From: Lachnospiraceae bacterium
Lineage (GTDB): Bacteria; Bacillota; Clostridia; Lachnospirales; Lachnospiraceae
Direction: 5' to 3'
NCBI GenBank assembly: GCA_024685005.1
Contig: JAIKWF010000048.1
Location: 5,470 to 69,469 of the forward strand
Length of the DNA stretch: 64,000 nucleotides
Shown: positions 7,873 through 15,842 of the stretch, one piece after another
Layout of the letters: every line of letters starts with the position of its first letter
Numbering within the stretch: position 1 is the stretch's first letter
Made by a program: the position numbers and the translations under genes
The notes under the pieces: model-generated
Told to the model about the DNA's origin: nothing
What the model saw: only the letters and a program-made list of their open reading frames with translations
Databases searched by the model: none

Positions 7873-8970
7873 AATTACAGGATTGATAAAAAAAGCCAGA
7901 CACCGGCTTATATACAGCTATATCGCTATTTTGTTTCCGATATAGAATCCGGTGTGTACCCTTACGGCAGCAAGATTCCTTCCAAACGGAATATTGCCGA
8001 GGAAACAGGGGTGAGTGTGATCACCGCAGAGCATGCGGTGGAGCTTTTAAATGAAGAAGGCTATGTGCAAAACAGACAGCGAAGCGGCGTTTTTGTGATC
8101 TATAAGGGAGAAGATTTTCTCACGGAATCCGTAAAAGAAGAGATCGTTGAAAAGGAGAATGACAGGGAAACTGAACCGGTCACACAGACCAAAGGAGAAT
8201 TTCCTTTTTCCGTTCTTGCCAAAACCATGCGGAAAGTTTTGCTTGATTACGGTGATGATATTCTGATAAAATCACCTAATCATGGGTGTGCACTTCTGAG
8301 GGAAGAGATCTGTCACTATCTGGCAAGAAGCCGGGGCATTGTGATACGGCCTTCCCAGGTGATCATCGGTTCCGGTGCGGAGTATCTTTACGGCCTCATC
8401 GCCCAGCTTTTGGGAGCGGGTCAGACCATTGCCATAGAGGATCCTTCCTATGGAAAGATCCGGGATGTTTACCGGGCCATGGATATTTCCTGTGATCTGC
8501 TAAGCCTTGGAGCCGACGGTATTCCCGCAGGGGAGCTTGCGCGTACGAGGGCAAAGGTCTTGCACGTTACGCCCTTTAACAGCTTTCCTTCCGGCGTTAC
8601 CGCAACCATTTCCAAGAAAAACGAATACATCAGGTGGGCCAAAAAACGGGATGGTATTCTCATAGAAGATAATTATGATTCGGAGCTTACCGTATCCAGA
8701 AGGATCGAACAACCTCTGTTTTCCATGGATCCGGAGGTAAAAGTGATCTACCTGAACACCTTTTCAAGGACACTGGCGCCTTCCATGAGAATCGGATACA
8801 TGATCCTGCCTCCGTCCCTGGAGGCGGCGTTTAATGAAAAGCTGGGATTTTATTCCTGTACTGTGCCCATATTTGATCAGTATGTTCTGGCAAAACTTTT
8901 GAAAAACGGAGACTTTGAGAGACACATCAATAGGATCCGGAGAAAGAGAAGAGAAAGGAAAAAACTATGA
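7870..8970 (+). CDS. MocR/GntR-family regulator (wHTH plus aminotransferase-like domain), atypical
   Basis: N-terminal GntR wHTH (KIPSKRNIAEETGVSVITAEHAVELLNEEGYV) and a fold-type-I aminotransferase-like domain (IEDPSYGK, IEDNYDSEL, LNTFSRTLAPSMRIGYMILP). Only 366 aa, and the usual SFSK lysine is Arg. Confidence 0.8.
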   Translation: MNYRIDKKSQTPAYIQLYRYFVSDIESGVYPYGSKIPSKRNIAEETGVSVITAEHAVELLNEEGYVQNRQRSGVFVIYKGEDFLTESVKEEIVEKENDRETEPVTQTKGEFPFSVLAKTMRKVLLDYGDDILIKSPNHGCALLREEICHYLARSRGIVIRPSQVIIGSGAEYLYGLIAQLLGAGQTIAIEDPSYGKIRDVYRAMDISCDLLSLGADGIPAGELARTRAKVLHVTPFNSFPSGVTATISKKNEYIRWAKKRDGILIEDNYDSELTVSRRIEQPLFSMDPEVKVIYLNTFSRTLAPSMRIGYMILPPSLEAAFNEKLGFYSCTVPIFDQYVLAKLLKNGDFERHINRIRRKRRERKKL

Positions 8971-9893
8971 CACTGAATCAGCTAAAATATGCCATTGCCA
9001 TATCCAAAGAGAATTCTTTAAATGATGCGGCAAAAAAACTGTTTATCTCGCAGCCATCCCTTACAGGTGCCATGCATGCCTTAGAGGATGAGCTGGGATT
9101 TGATATTTTTATCCGTTCCAAAACAGGTATTTCCCTGACGGTAAAGGGAGCGGAGTTTTTGGGCTATGCCAGATCCGTGGTGGAGCAGTATGACATTCTC
9201 GATACAAAATACATTTCCAAGACCAACATCAAGCGTCAGTTTAGCGTATCCATGCAGCATTACTCTTTCGCGGTAAAAGCGTTTATGGAAGTGGTAAAAA
9301 AATACGGCTACGATGATTATGAGTTTGAGGTCCATGAAACCAAGACCCATGAGATCATTGACAATGTGAAAAACCAGAAAAGTGAGATCGGTGTGCTGTA
9401 TCAGAATGATTTTAACAAAAAGGTTCTGGGCAAAGTGCTGTCGGAAGCAGGCCTTGCGTTTACCCCGCTATTCGACTGCCATATCTATGTTTACATCAGT
9501 AAGAAGAATCCCCTGGCGGCGGAAAAGCTCAAAAGCGGAGAGCCCATTTTGATGGAAGAACTGGATGAATATCCATGCCTGACCTTTGATCAGGGACAGT
9601 ATAACTCGGCGTACTATGCGGAAGAGGTGCTCAGCACCCATATGTACAAACAGACCATCCGGGTCAGTGACAGAGCCACCATGCTGAATCTGATCAAGGA
9701 AGTAAACGGATATACCCTTTGCTCCGGAATCCTGTGCGGGGATCTGAACGGTAAAGACTACTGCGGCATTAAGCTTGAAACGGATGAGACCATGACCATC
9801 GGTTACATCACAAGGAAAGATGCCATTATCAGTGAGATCGGTAAAAAATACATCGATGCACTGACCAAGTATAAGAAGATGGTGCTGGATTAA
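8967..9893 (+). CDS. LysR-family transcriptional regulator (candidate MetR/MtaR-like)
   Basis: N-terminal HTH LNDAAKKLFISQPSLTGAMHALEDELGFDIFIRSKTGISLTVKGAEFL plus a LysR substrate-binding domain. The start overlaps the MocR stop (ATGA). Sits directly upstream of the first Met-box promoter. Confidence 0.85.
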   Translation: MTLNQLKYAIAISKENSLNDAAKKLFISQPSLTGAMHALEDELGFDIFIRSKTGISLTVKGAEFLGYARSVVEQYDILDTKYISKTNIKRQFSVSMQHYSFAVKAFMEVVKKYGYDDYEFEVHETKTHEIIDNVKNQKSEIGVLYQNDFNKKVLGKVLSEAGLAFTPLFDCHIYVYISKKNPLAAEKLKSGEPILMEELDEYPCLTFDQGQYNSAYYAEEVLSTHMYKQTIRVSDRATMLNLIKEVNGYTLCSGILCGDLNGKDYCGIKLETDETMTIGYITRKDAIISEIGKKYIDALTKYKKMVLD

Positions 9894-9945
9894 ATACGGA
9901 TCAGACAGAAAGCGAAAAAAGCAAAGCTTACAAGAAGTGGCAGGT

Positions 9946-10013
9946 TATAGATTTTGGCTATAACCTGCCATAATTTTTACGCATTAGACAGTAAGCCGGG
10001 GAGATAGTATGAT
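9946..10013 (+). promoter_or_regulatory. Met-box-like palindrome plus sigma-A-type promoter P1 (mccB/mccA-like operon)
   Basis: 17-mer TATAGATTTTGGCTATA (9946-9962), inside a perfect 12-bp-arm hairpin GGCAGGTTATAG/CTATAACCTGCC. Then 22 nt, -35 TAGACA (9985-9990), a 17-nt spacer and -10 TATGAT (10008-10013). Confidence 0.6.
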
Positions 10014-10084
10014 CACTGATGTAAAGAACAACAATTGCAGCATAAAAGCAGACAAACAAAGTATGAAAGGAAGGAGGCACGAAA

Positions 10085-10216
10085 ATGATGACAGTATGCA
10101 GAATGGCGGCGGAGAACAATATGCGATGTATGACACGGATTATATTCCCGGCGATTTACACGGAACAGGCCACATCTGCAGGATGTTTGTGCCTTATTAA
10201 AATGCAGCCATTATAA
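10085..10216 (+). CDS. candidate Met/Cys-rich leader peptide (43 aa)
   Basis: AAGGAGG lies 7 nt upstream of ATG 10085. Product MMTVCRMAAENNMRCMTRIIFPAIYTEQATSAGCLCLIKMQPL has 6 Met and 4 Cys, 8 of them in the first 16 codons. The frame differs from the track ORF 10009-10200. Confidence 0.45.
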   Translation: MMTVCRMAAENNMRCMTRIIFPAIYTEQATSAGCLCLIKMQPL

Positions 10217-10245
10217 CAGTCTTTGCATTTAAAGATCCGGTAAAG

Positions 10246-10280
10246 AAGCGCGGGAAAAGTTAGCCCGGGCTTATTTTTTT
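10246..10280 (+). terminator. leader terminator / attenuator upstream of the mccB-like gene
   Basis: Arms AAGCGCGGG and CCCGGGCTT (8 of 9 pairs), a 9-nt loop, then ATTTTTTT. Lies 44 nt upstream of ATG 10324 and 30 nt downstream of the leader-ORF stop. Confidence 0.55.
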
Positions 10281-10323
10281 ATATAAATAAAACACCCAAA
10301 ATACAAAACAGGAGGAAAAAACA

Positions 10324-11490
10324 ATGGGAGATTTTAAGAATGAACTGTCTATCGATTCAGTGCTGATCCACGGCGGGATAGACGGAGACGAAACAACGGG
10401 AGCGGTAAGCGTTCCTGTGTATCAGACATCAACTTACAAACAGGACGGACTGGGAAAGGATAGAGGATGGGAGTACTCCAGAACCGGCAACCCAACAAGA
10501 GCGGCTCTGGAAAAACTCATCGCCGATCTGGAGCAGGGATCCTACGGGCTGGCATTTGCTTCTGGCCTGGCCGCCATCAATACGGTGCTTTCCCTGTTCA
10601 AAAGCGGTGATAAACTGGTGGTCTCCGACAATATTTACGGCGGGACCTTCCGGATCCTGGATAACGTATTTAACAACTTCGGAATCACCTACGAGATCGT
10701 TGATACATCAGATCTGGCAGCTGTGGAAGCAGCCATTACGGATGAAGTAAAAGCTGTTTATGTGGAAAGCCCCGCCAATCCGCTCCTTACGGTAACGGAT
10801 ATCGAAGCGGTGGCAAAGATCACGAAAAAGACAGGGAAGTTGCTGATCGTGGATAACACCTTCCTGACCCCTTATCTGCAAAGACCTTTGACACTGGGGG
10901 CGGATATCGTGATCCACAGCGGTACCAAGTATCTGGGGGGGCATTCGGACACCATCTCCGGCTTTGTGGTGGTAGATGACAAGGCCCTGGCAGACAGACT
11001 GTACTATCTGCAAAATGCCATCGGCGGCGTTCTGGCACCCTGGGACAGCTTCCTCGTGATCCGTGGGATCAAGACTCTGGGAGTCCGCATGGACCGTCAT
11101 GTGGAGAATGCGAAAAAGATCGCAGAATGGTTAGCAGCAAGCAACTATGTTTCAAAGGTATATTATCCGGGCCTGAAATCTGATCCCGGGTATGAGACAC
11201 AGAAAAAGCAGGCTGACGGACCGGGAGCAATGATCTCCTTTGTACTGGATCAAAAGTATGATCATCGTAAGTTCTTCGAATCTCTTCATCTGGTGACACT
11301 GGCAGAGAGCCTAGGAGGCGTAGAGTCTCTGGTATGCCATCCTGCATCCATGACCCATGCAGCCATTCCGAAGGATGTGCGGGAAAAAGTGGGCATTGTG
11401 GATGAACTGATCCGCCTTTCTGTAGGCATTGAGAATGCAGAGGATCTGATCAAAGACCTCGAGCAGGCAATCAAGGCATCAGCAAGGTAA
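10324..11490 (+). CDS. Cys/Met-metabolism PLP enzyme (cystathionine gamma-lyase / beta-lyase / gamma-synthase family, MccB/MetC-like)
   Basis: 388 aa. Motifs VYQTSTY, NPTRAALE and PLP-lysine HSGTKYLGGHSD. RBS AGGAGG. Confidence 0.85.
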   Translation: MGDFKNELSIDSVLIHGGIDGDETTGAVSVPVYQTSTYKQDGLGKDRGWEYSRTGNPTRAALEKLIADLEQGSYGLAFASGLAAINTVLSLFKSGDKLVVSDNIYGGTFRILDNVFNNFGITYEIVDTSDLAAVEAAITDEVKAVYVESPANPLLTVTDIEAVAKITKKTGKLLIVDNTFLTPYLQRPLTLGADIVIHSGTKYLGGHSDTISGFVVVDDKALADRLYYLQNAIGGVLAPWDSFLVIRGIKTLGVRMDRHVENAKKIAEWLAASNYVSKVYYPGLKSDPGYETQKKQADGPGAMISFVLDQKYDHRKFFESLHLVTLAESLGGVESLVCHPASMTHAAIPKDVREKVGIVDELIRLSVGIENAEDLIKDLEQAIKASAR

Positions 11491-11510
11491 GAGAGGAAAG
11501 AGAAAGGAGC

Positions 11511-12434
11511 GTGATGAGAATGGATGTATATATGGACATCCACGAGATGATCGGAAACACACCGGTGATCAAACTGAATCATGTCGAGAAAAAAAATAAG
11601 AATGTCAATATTTTTGCAAAGCTGGAGCTGATGAATCCCGCCGGCAGCGTAAAGGACAGGGTAGGTGACTACATGATCAGGGACGCAGAGGAGCGGGGAA
11701 TCTTAAAGCCCGGCGGCACCATTGTGGATGCCACGGCGGGAAATACCGGTATCGGAATTGCTCTGGCGGCACTGAATAAAGGATACAGGATCATTTTCAC
11801 CGTACCTTTAAAGTTCTCCGTGGAAAAACAAAAGATCATGAAGGCACTCGGGGCAGAGATCGTCCATACCCCGAGAGAAGAGGGAATGCTTGGCGCCGAC
11901 AGGAAGGCGGATGAGATCATAGCCTCCATACCGGGAGCCATTTCCCTCAAGCAGTTTGATAATCCGGCCAACCCAAGGGCTCACTACGAGACAACAGGTC
12001 CTGAGATCTGGCGGCAGCTTGACGGAAAGGTGCACTATTTTGTGGCAGGCGCCGGCAGCGGCGGAACTTTTTCCGGAACGGTAAAGTATCTGAAAGAACA
12101 AAACCCCGATATAAAAGGGGTACTGGCTGATCCCGTAGGTTCCATCATAGGCGGCGGCGAGCATGCGGATTACGATATCGAAGGGATTGGCAATGATTTT
12201 ATTGCTGCCACCATGGATGTAAGCCTAGTGGATACGGTGGTTAAGGTCACCGATGATGAAGCCTTTGAAGCGGTAAAAACCCTGGCTAAAACCGAGGGGA
12301 TCATCGCAGGCTCTTCCTCCGGTGCGGCTCTTGCGGCAGCGCTGAAGCTGGCAGAGCAGATCGATCACGGAAATATAGTCGTGGTGTTCCCCGACAGAGG
12401 TGATCGCTATATCAGCAAAGGTCTGCTTGACTAA
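11511..12434 (+). CDS. cysteine synthase / O-acetylserine-dependent cystathionine beta-synthase family (CysK/MccA-like)
   Basis: Motifs GNTPVIKLN, PLP-lysine NPAGSVKDR, GNTGIGIA, GAGSGGTFSG. The start is uncertain: in-frame ATGs at 11514 and 11520 sit better relative to the GGAG at 11506-11509. Confidence 0.85.
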   Translation: MMRMDVYMDIHEMIGNTPVIKLNHVEKKNKNVNIFAKLELMNPAGSVKDRVGDYMIRDAEERGILKPGGTIVDATAGNTGIGIALAALNKGYRIIFTVPLKFSVEKQKIMKALGAEIVHTPREEGMLGADRKADEIIASIPGAISLKQFDNPANPRAHYETTGPEIWRQLDGKVHYFVAGAGSGGTFSGTVKYLKEQNPDIKGVLADPVGSIIGGGEHADYDIEGIGNDFIAATMDVSLVDTVVKVTDDEAFEAVKTLAKTEGIIAGSSSGAALAAALKLAEQIDHGNIVVVFPDRGDRYISKGLLD

Positions 12435-12440
12435 TGTTAA

Positions 12441-12462
12441 AAACAGGTTTTTTCCTGTTTTT
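12441..12462 (+). terminator. rho-independent terminator after the mccA-like gene
   Basis: Arms AAACAGG and CCTGTTT with a 6-nt loop, running into a T tract. Confidence 0.55.
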
Positions 12463-12477
12463 GGGTGTTGGAAGGCT

Positions 12478-12545
12478 TATAGGCTTTGCCTATAGGCCTT
12501 CATTATTTTTTGGTATTAGACAGGACAAAAGGGTTGAAATATGAT
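12478..12545 (+). promoter_or_regulatory. Met-box-like palindrome plus promoter P2 (nitrogenase-like operon)
   Basis: TATAGGCTTTGCCTATA (12478-12494), -35 TAGACA (12517-12522), 17-nt spacer, -10 TATGAT (12540-12545). Indexing was checked against the track ORF that starts at 12486. Confidence 0.6.
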
Positions 12546-12629
12546 GAGCTGGTAGCGGTTTGCCAGGCAAATTCGCTGACGGGGGGCAGGATGTGTTCGG
12601 TCCCCAACAAAAAACAGGAGGAAAAAACA

Positions 12630-14147
12630 ATGTCAAACATTAATCTGTCTCTTCCGGCTGTAGAGATCCGGGAGGTTCGAACCAGATCAGTTACAGGTTA
12701 TGACGGGAAAGCCGGAGAACTGGTGCAGAAAGCGCACGACGGTTCTCTTCGGGACGTGGAACGTTCTTTTCAGCAATGCGCCGGCTGCTCCATTACCAAG
12801 GCAGCCTGTATGACAGTACTGATCCAGGATGCGGCGGTGATCGAACACGGACCGGTGGGATGCTCCACCTGCCTGCAGGAATATAACTTTACCTATGCGG
12901 TAAACGCCGATTTAAGAGGCGTATCAAACCCCACAAGGCGCAGGATCTTTTCCACCAATCTGCAGGAAAAGGATACGGTTTACGGCGGACTGCGGAAGCT
13001 GGAAAAAACCATCCGCAGCGTATACGAGCGTACAAAGCCAAACGCCATCTTCGTGCTTTCCACCTGTGCCGCAGCCATTATAGGCGATGATATTGAAAGC
13101 GCCTGCGAAGAAGCAGAGGATGAGCTGGGAATTCCGGTGGTATCCATTGTCTGCGAAGGCTTCCGCTCCCGGGTGTGGACCACGGGATTTGATGCGGCTT
13201 ATCACGGCATTGCCAGAAAGCTCATCGATCCGCCGAAGGAAAAACGAAAGGACCTGATCAACGTGATCAATTTCTGGGGAAGCGATCGTTTTACAGACTG
13301 GTTTGCGCCCTTCGGATGCAAACCCAAATACATCACTCCTTTTTCCACAGTGAACGATCTTCGCAGCGCTTCCGAATCGGCAGCAACCATTCAGGCCTGC
13401 TCTACTCTGGGAAGTTATCTGGCGGCTGTTTTGGAAAAAGAGTTTGACGTGCCGGAGATCGAAACGGCACCGCCCTACGGGATTGCCCAGACAGACCGGT
13501 GGTTCAGAGCACTGGGAAAGATCCTGGGAAAAGAAGAGATCGCAGAGCAGGTCATCGCCGAAAAGAAGGAAAAATACCTGGGCAGGATCGCTCAGCTGAG
13601 AGAAAAGCTGCAGGGAAAGACAGCATACGTTACCGGCGGAGCTGCCCACGGACACGCACTTTTGTCTGTGCTGGGAGAGCTGGGGATCAATGCGGTGGGA
13701 GCTTCCATTTTCCATCATGATTCGGTGTTTGATTCCGGACGGGATGAAAACGATCAGCTGATGCAGAGAGTGGGGGATTACGGCGATGTGAGAAATTACA
13801 GGGTCTGCTCCAAGCAGGAGTATGAGTTGGCTAACTCCCTGGGGAAACTTCATCCGGATATTTTGCTTTCCAGACACGGGGGCATGACACTGTGGGGAGC
13901 CAAGTACGGAATCCCGTCCCTTCTGGTGGGAGATGAACATTACAGCATGGGTTATGAGGGAATCATTGATTACGGAGAGAGAATTCTGGATACCATTGAG
14001 AATGATGAGTTTGTAAAGAATCTGCAAAAGCATGCCATCAATCCCTATACAAAGTGGTGGCTGATGCAAAGACCGGATTACTTCTTTGAGACATCGGATA
14101 AAAAAGAAAAAGGAAAGGAGGAAAGTCAAAATGCCGGCATTGAATGA
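12630..14147 (+). CDS. nitrogenase-like component 1, NifD/NifE-like alpha subunit
   Basis: Start at MSNINLSL (ATG 12630, RBS AGGAGG), not the track start 12486. Motifs CAGCS, IEHGPVGC and STCAAAIIGDDIE match the P-cluster Cys positions of NifD. IQACSTLGSY and GDEHYSMGY resemble the Cys275 and His442 regions. Confidence 0.85.
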   Translation: MSNINLSLPAVEIREVRTRSVTGYDGKAGELVQKAHDGSLRDVERSFQQCAGCSITKAACMTVLIQDAAVIEHGPVGCSTCLQEYNFTYAVNADLRGVSNPTRRRIFSTNLQEKDTVYGGLRKLEKTIRSVYERTKPNAIFVLSTCAAAIIGDDIESACEEAEDELGIPVVSIVCEGFRSRVWTTGFDAAYHGIARKLIDPPKEKRKDLINVINFWGSDRFTDWFAPFGCKPKYITPFSTVNDLRSASESAATIQACSTLGSYLAAVLEKEFDVPEIETAPPYGIAQTDRWFRALGKILGKEEIAEQVIAEKKEKYLGRIAQLREKLQGKTAYVTGGAAHGHALLSVLGELGINAVGASIFHHDSVFDSGRDENDQLMQRVGDYGDVRNYRVCSKQEYELANSLGKLHPDILLSRHGGMTLWGAKYGIPSLLVGDEHYSMGYEGIIDYGERILDTIENDEFVKNLQKHAINPYTKWWLMQRPDYFFETSDKKEKGKEESQNAGIE

Positions 14148-15477
14148 AATGATAGAACAGCCCAGGTTTTCCTGTGCCATCGGCGCACTGCAAAGCGTAG
14201 TTGCCATTCCCAGAGCGGTACCCATTCTGCATTCCGGACCGGGATGCGGGGACATGGTTTCGGGCTTTTTTGAACGAAGCAAGGGATATGCCGGAGGCGA
14301 TACCTCCCCCTGTACCAATTTTAACGAAAAAGATGTGGTATTCGGCGGATCGGAGAAGCTCAGGAAGATCATCAAAAATACATACAAGGTGCTGGATACG
14401 GATCTGCAGGTGGTTCTGACAGGCTGTACAGGCGGTATCGTAGGTGATGATATCGAAAGCGTGGTACAGGAATTTCAGGATGCGGGAAAACCCATTGTAT
14501 CTGTTGATACGCCGGGTTTTAAATGCAATAACTACGTATCCCATTCCCATGTGGTAAAGGCCATCATCGATCAGTATGTTTCCCTGTATGAGGAGGACAA
14601 TAAAACCCGCAGTGACAGGAAACTGGTCAATCTTTTTGCAAGCATTCCCTATCAGGATCCTTTCTGGAAAGGGAATCTGCGGGAGTATAAGCGCCTGCTG
14701 GAAGGCCTGGGTCTGAAGGTCAATGTATTGTTCGGACCTGACAGCGGAGGCGTTACGGAGTGGCAAACCATACCGAAGGCGAACTTTAATATTCTGGTAT
14801 CGCCCTGGTACGGTAAGCCCATTACGGATCATTTAAAGCGCCTTTACGGACAGGAAACCTATTGGTTCCATTCCGTCCCCATCGGTGCCAATGAAACGGA
14901 AAAATTCCTGGAAGGAGTTTTGGATTTTGCCGCTTTGCAAAAAGCAGACATTGACCGAAAGAAGGCGGAAGCCTTTATCAAACACGAGACTGACCGCTAC
15001 TATGAGGAGATCGATAATCTGGCCACTTTCCTTCTGGAATTTAGATACGGCCTACCCCGCTACGCCCACATCCTGCATGATGCGGGATATGTGGTGGGAA
15101 TGTCCAAGTTTCTACTGCATGAAACCGGCGTTGTACCGAAGGAAGTATTTGTAGTGGACAACACACCGGAGAAATATCGGGAACAGATTGAAAAAGATCT
15201 GGCCTCCACCAGTGACAAACGGACCATCCCCGTTTTCTTTGAAGCAGATGCGGGAGAAGCCCAGGAAACCATCAAACAGGCAGATCACAAAGGAAGAGGC
15301 ATTATTTTAGGTTCCGGCTGGGATAAGTCCCTGGCAAAGGAAAAGAATTGTGATTTTCTTTCCGTGGCAGTGCCCAGTCCCGTGCGTCTGGTACTGACAA
15401 CCAATTATGTGGGATTTTCCGGTGGACTTAGGCTGATCGAGGATATTTACCAGACAGCGCTTCATACTTACGGATGA
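14131..15477 (+). CDS. nitrogenase-like component 1, NifK/NifN-like beta subunit
   Basis: Start at MPALNEMIEQ (ATG 14131, RBS AGGAGG), overlapping the alpha-subunit stop by 17 nt. Motifs FSCAIGAL, LHSGPGCG and LTGCTGGIVGDDIE match the NifK Cys70/95/153 positions. No long N-terminal extension. Confidence 0.85.
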   Translation: MPALNEMIEQPRFSCAIGALQSVVAIPRAVPILHSGPGCGDMVSGFFERSKGYAGGDTSPCTNFNEKDVVFGGSEKLRKIIKNTYKVLDTDLQVVLTGCTGGIVGDDIESVVQEFQDAGKPIVSVDTPGFKCNNYVSHSHVVKAIIDQYVSLYEEDNKTRSDRKLVNLFASIPYQDPFWKGNLREYKRLLEGLGLKVNVLFGPDSGGVTEWQTIPKANFNILVSPWYGKPITDHLKRLYGQETYWFHSVPIGANETEKFLEGVLDFAALQKADIDRKKAEAFIKHETDRYYEEIDNLATFLLEFRYGLPRYAHILHDAGYVVGMSKFLLHETGVVPKEVFVVDNTPEKYREQIEKDLASTSDKRTIPVFFEADAGEAQETIKQADHKGRGIILGSGWDKSLAKEKNCDFLSVAVPSPVRLVLTTNYVGFSGGLRLIEDIYQTALHTYG

Positions 15478-15842
15478 TGGAGAAACACAAAGAAAGATCT
15501 GACGGGAGCACAGCCATGAGAATAGGATTTGCAAGCACGGACGGGATCAGCGTCAACGAGCACTTCGGCCATGCAAAGTATTGGGAGATTTATGAACTGA
15601 ACAAAGAGGCGGAGTTTGTGGAAACCAGAATGGTACGGGCAGGATGCAGCTGCCACGATCCCGGCGTGTTTGATGAAATGCTTTCCCTTCTATCTGATTG
15701 CAGTGCCCTTGTGGTATCCCGGATCGGAGAAGGGGCAGCAGCTTATGTTACGGGAAAAGGAAAGAGAGTGTTTGAAGCAGCCGGATATATCGAACAGCTG
15801 GCAGAGATCTTGTATGAAAAGTTAGCGGAGGAGAACAATTGA
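15474..15842 (+). CDS. NifX/NafY/NifB-C-terminal-domain-like cofactor-binding protein
   Basis: MRIGFASTDGISVNEHFGHAKYWEIYEL is the signature N-terminus of the dinitrogenase FeMo-cofactor-binding family. ATGA overlap with the beta-subunit stop. An alternative start is ATG 15516. Confidence 0.75.
   Translation: MMEKHKERSDGSTAMRIGFASTDGISVNEHFGHAKYWEIYELNKEAEFVETRMVRAGCSCHDPGVFDEMLSLLSDCSALVVSRIGEGAAAYVTGKGKRVFEAAGYIEQLAEILYEKLAEENN

Noticed and set aside
10009-10200. 63-aa ORF from the track in the mccB-like leader
   Set aside because: - Its ATG lies inside the proposed -10 hexamer (10008-10013), upstream of the expected transcription start.
- Its sequence has no recognisable features.
- The alternative frame (10085-10216) has a far better RBS and the striking Met/Cys bias.
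9975-12629. SAM (S-box), T-box or other known riboswitch in the leaders of the sulfur operons
   Set aside because: I looked for the S-box core (conserved GAGGGA / GCAACC-type helices) and the T-box sequence (AGGGTGGTACCGCG-like) and did not find them. This by-eye rejection should be confirmed with covariance models.
12924-14387. 487-aa ORF antisense to the NifD/K-like genes
   Set aside because: It lies entirely inside two well-supported genes on the other strand, has no RBS, and its translation is low-complexity and Ser/Gly/Pro/Cys-rich. This is typical of an antisense shadow ORF.
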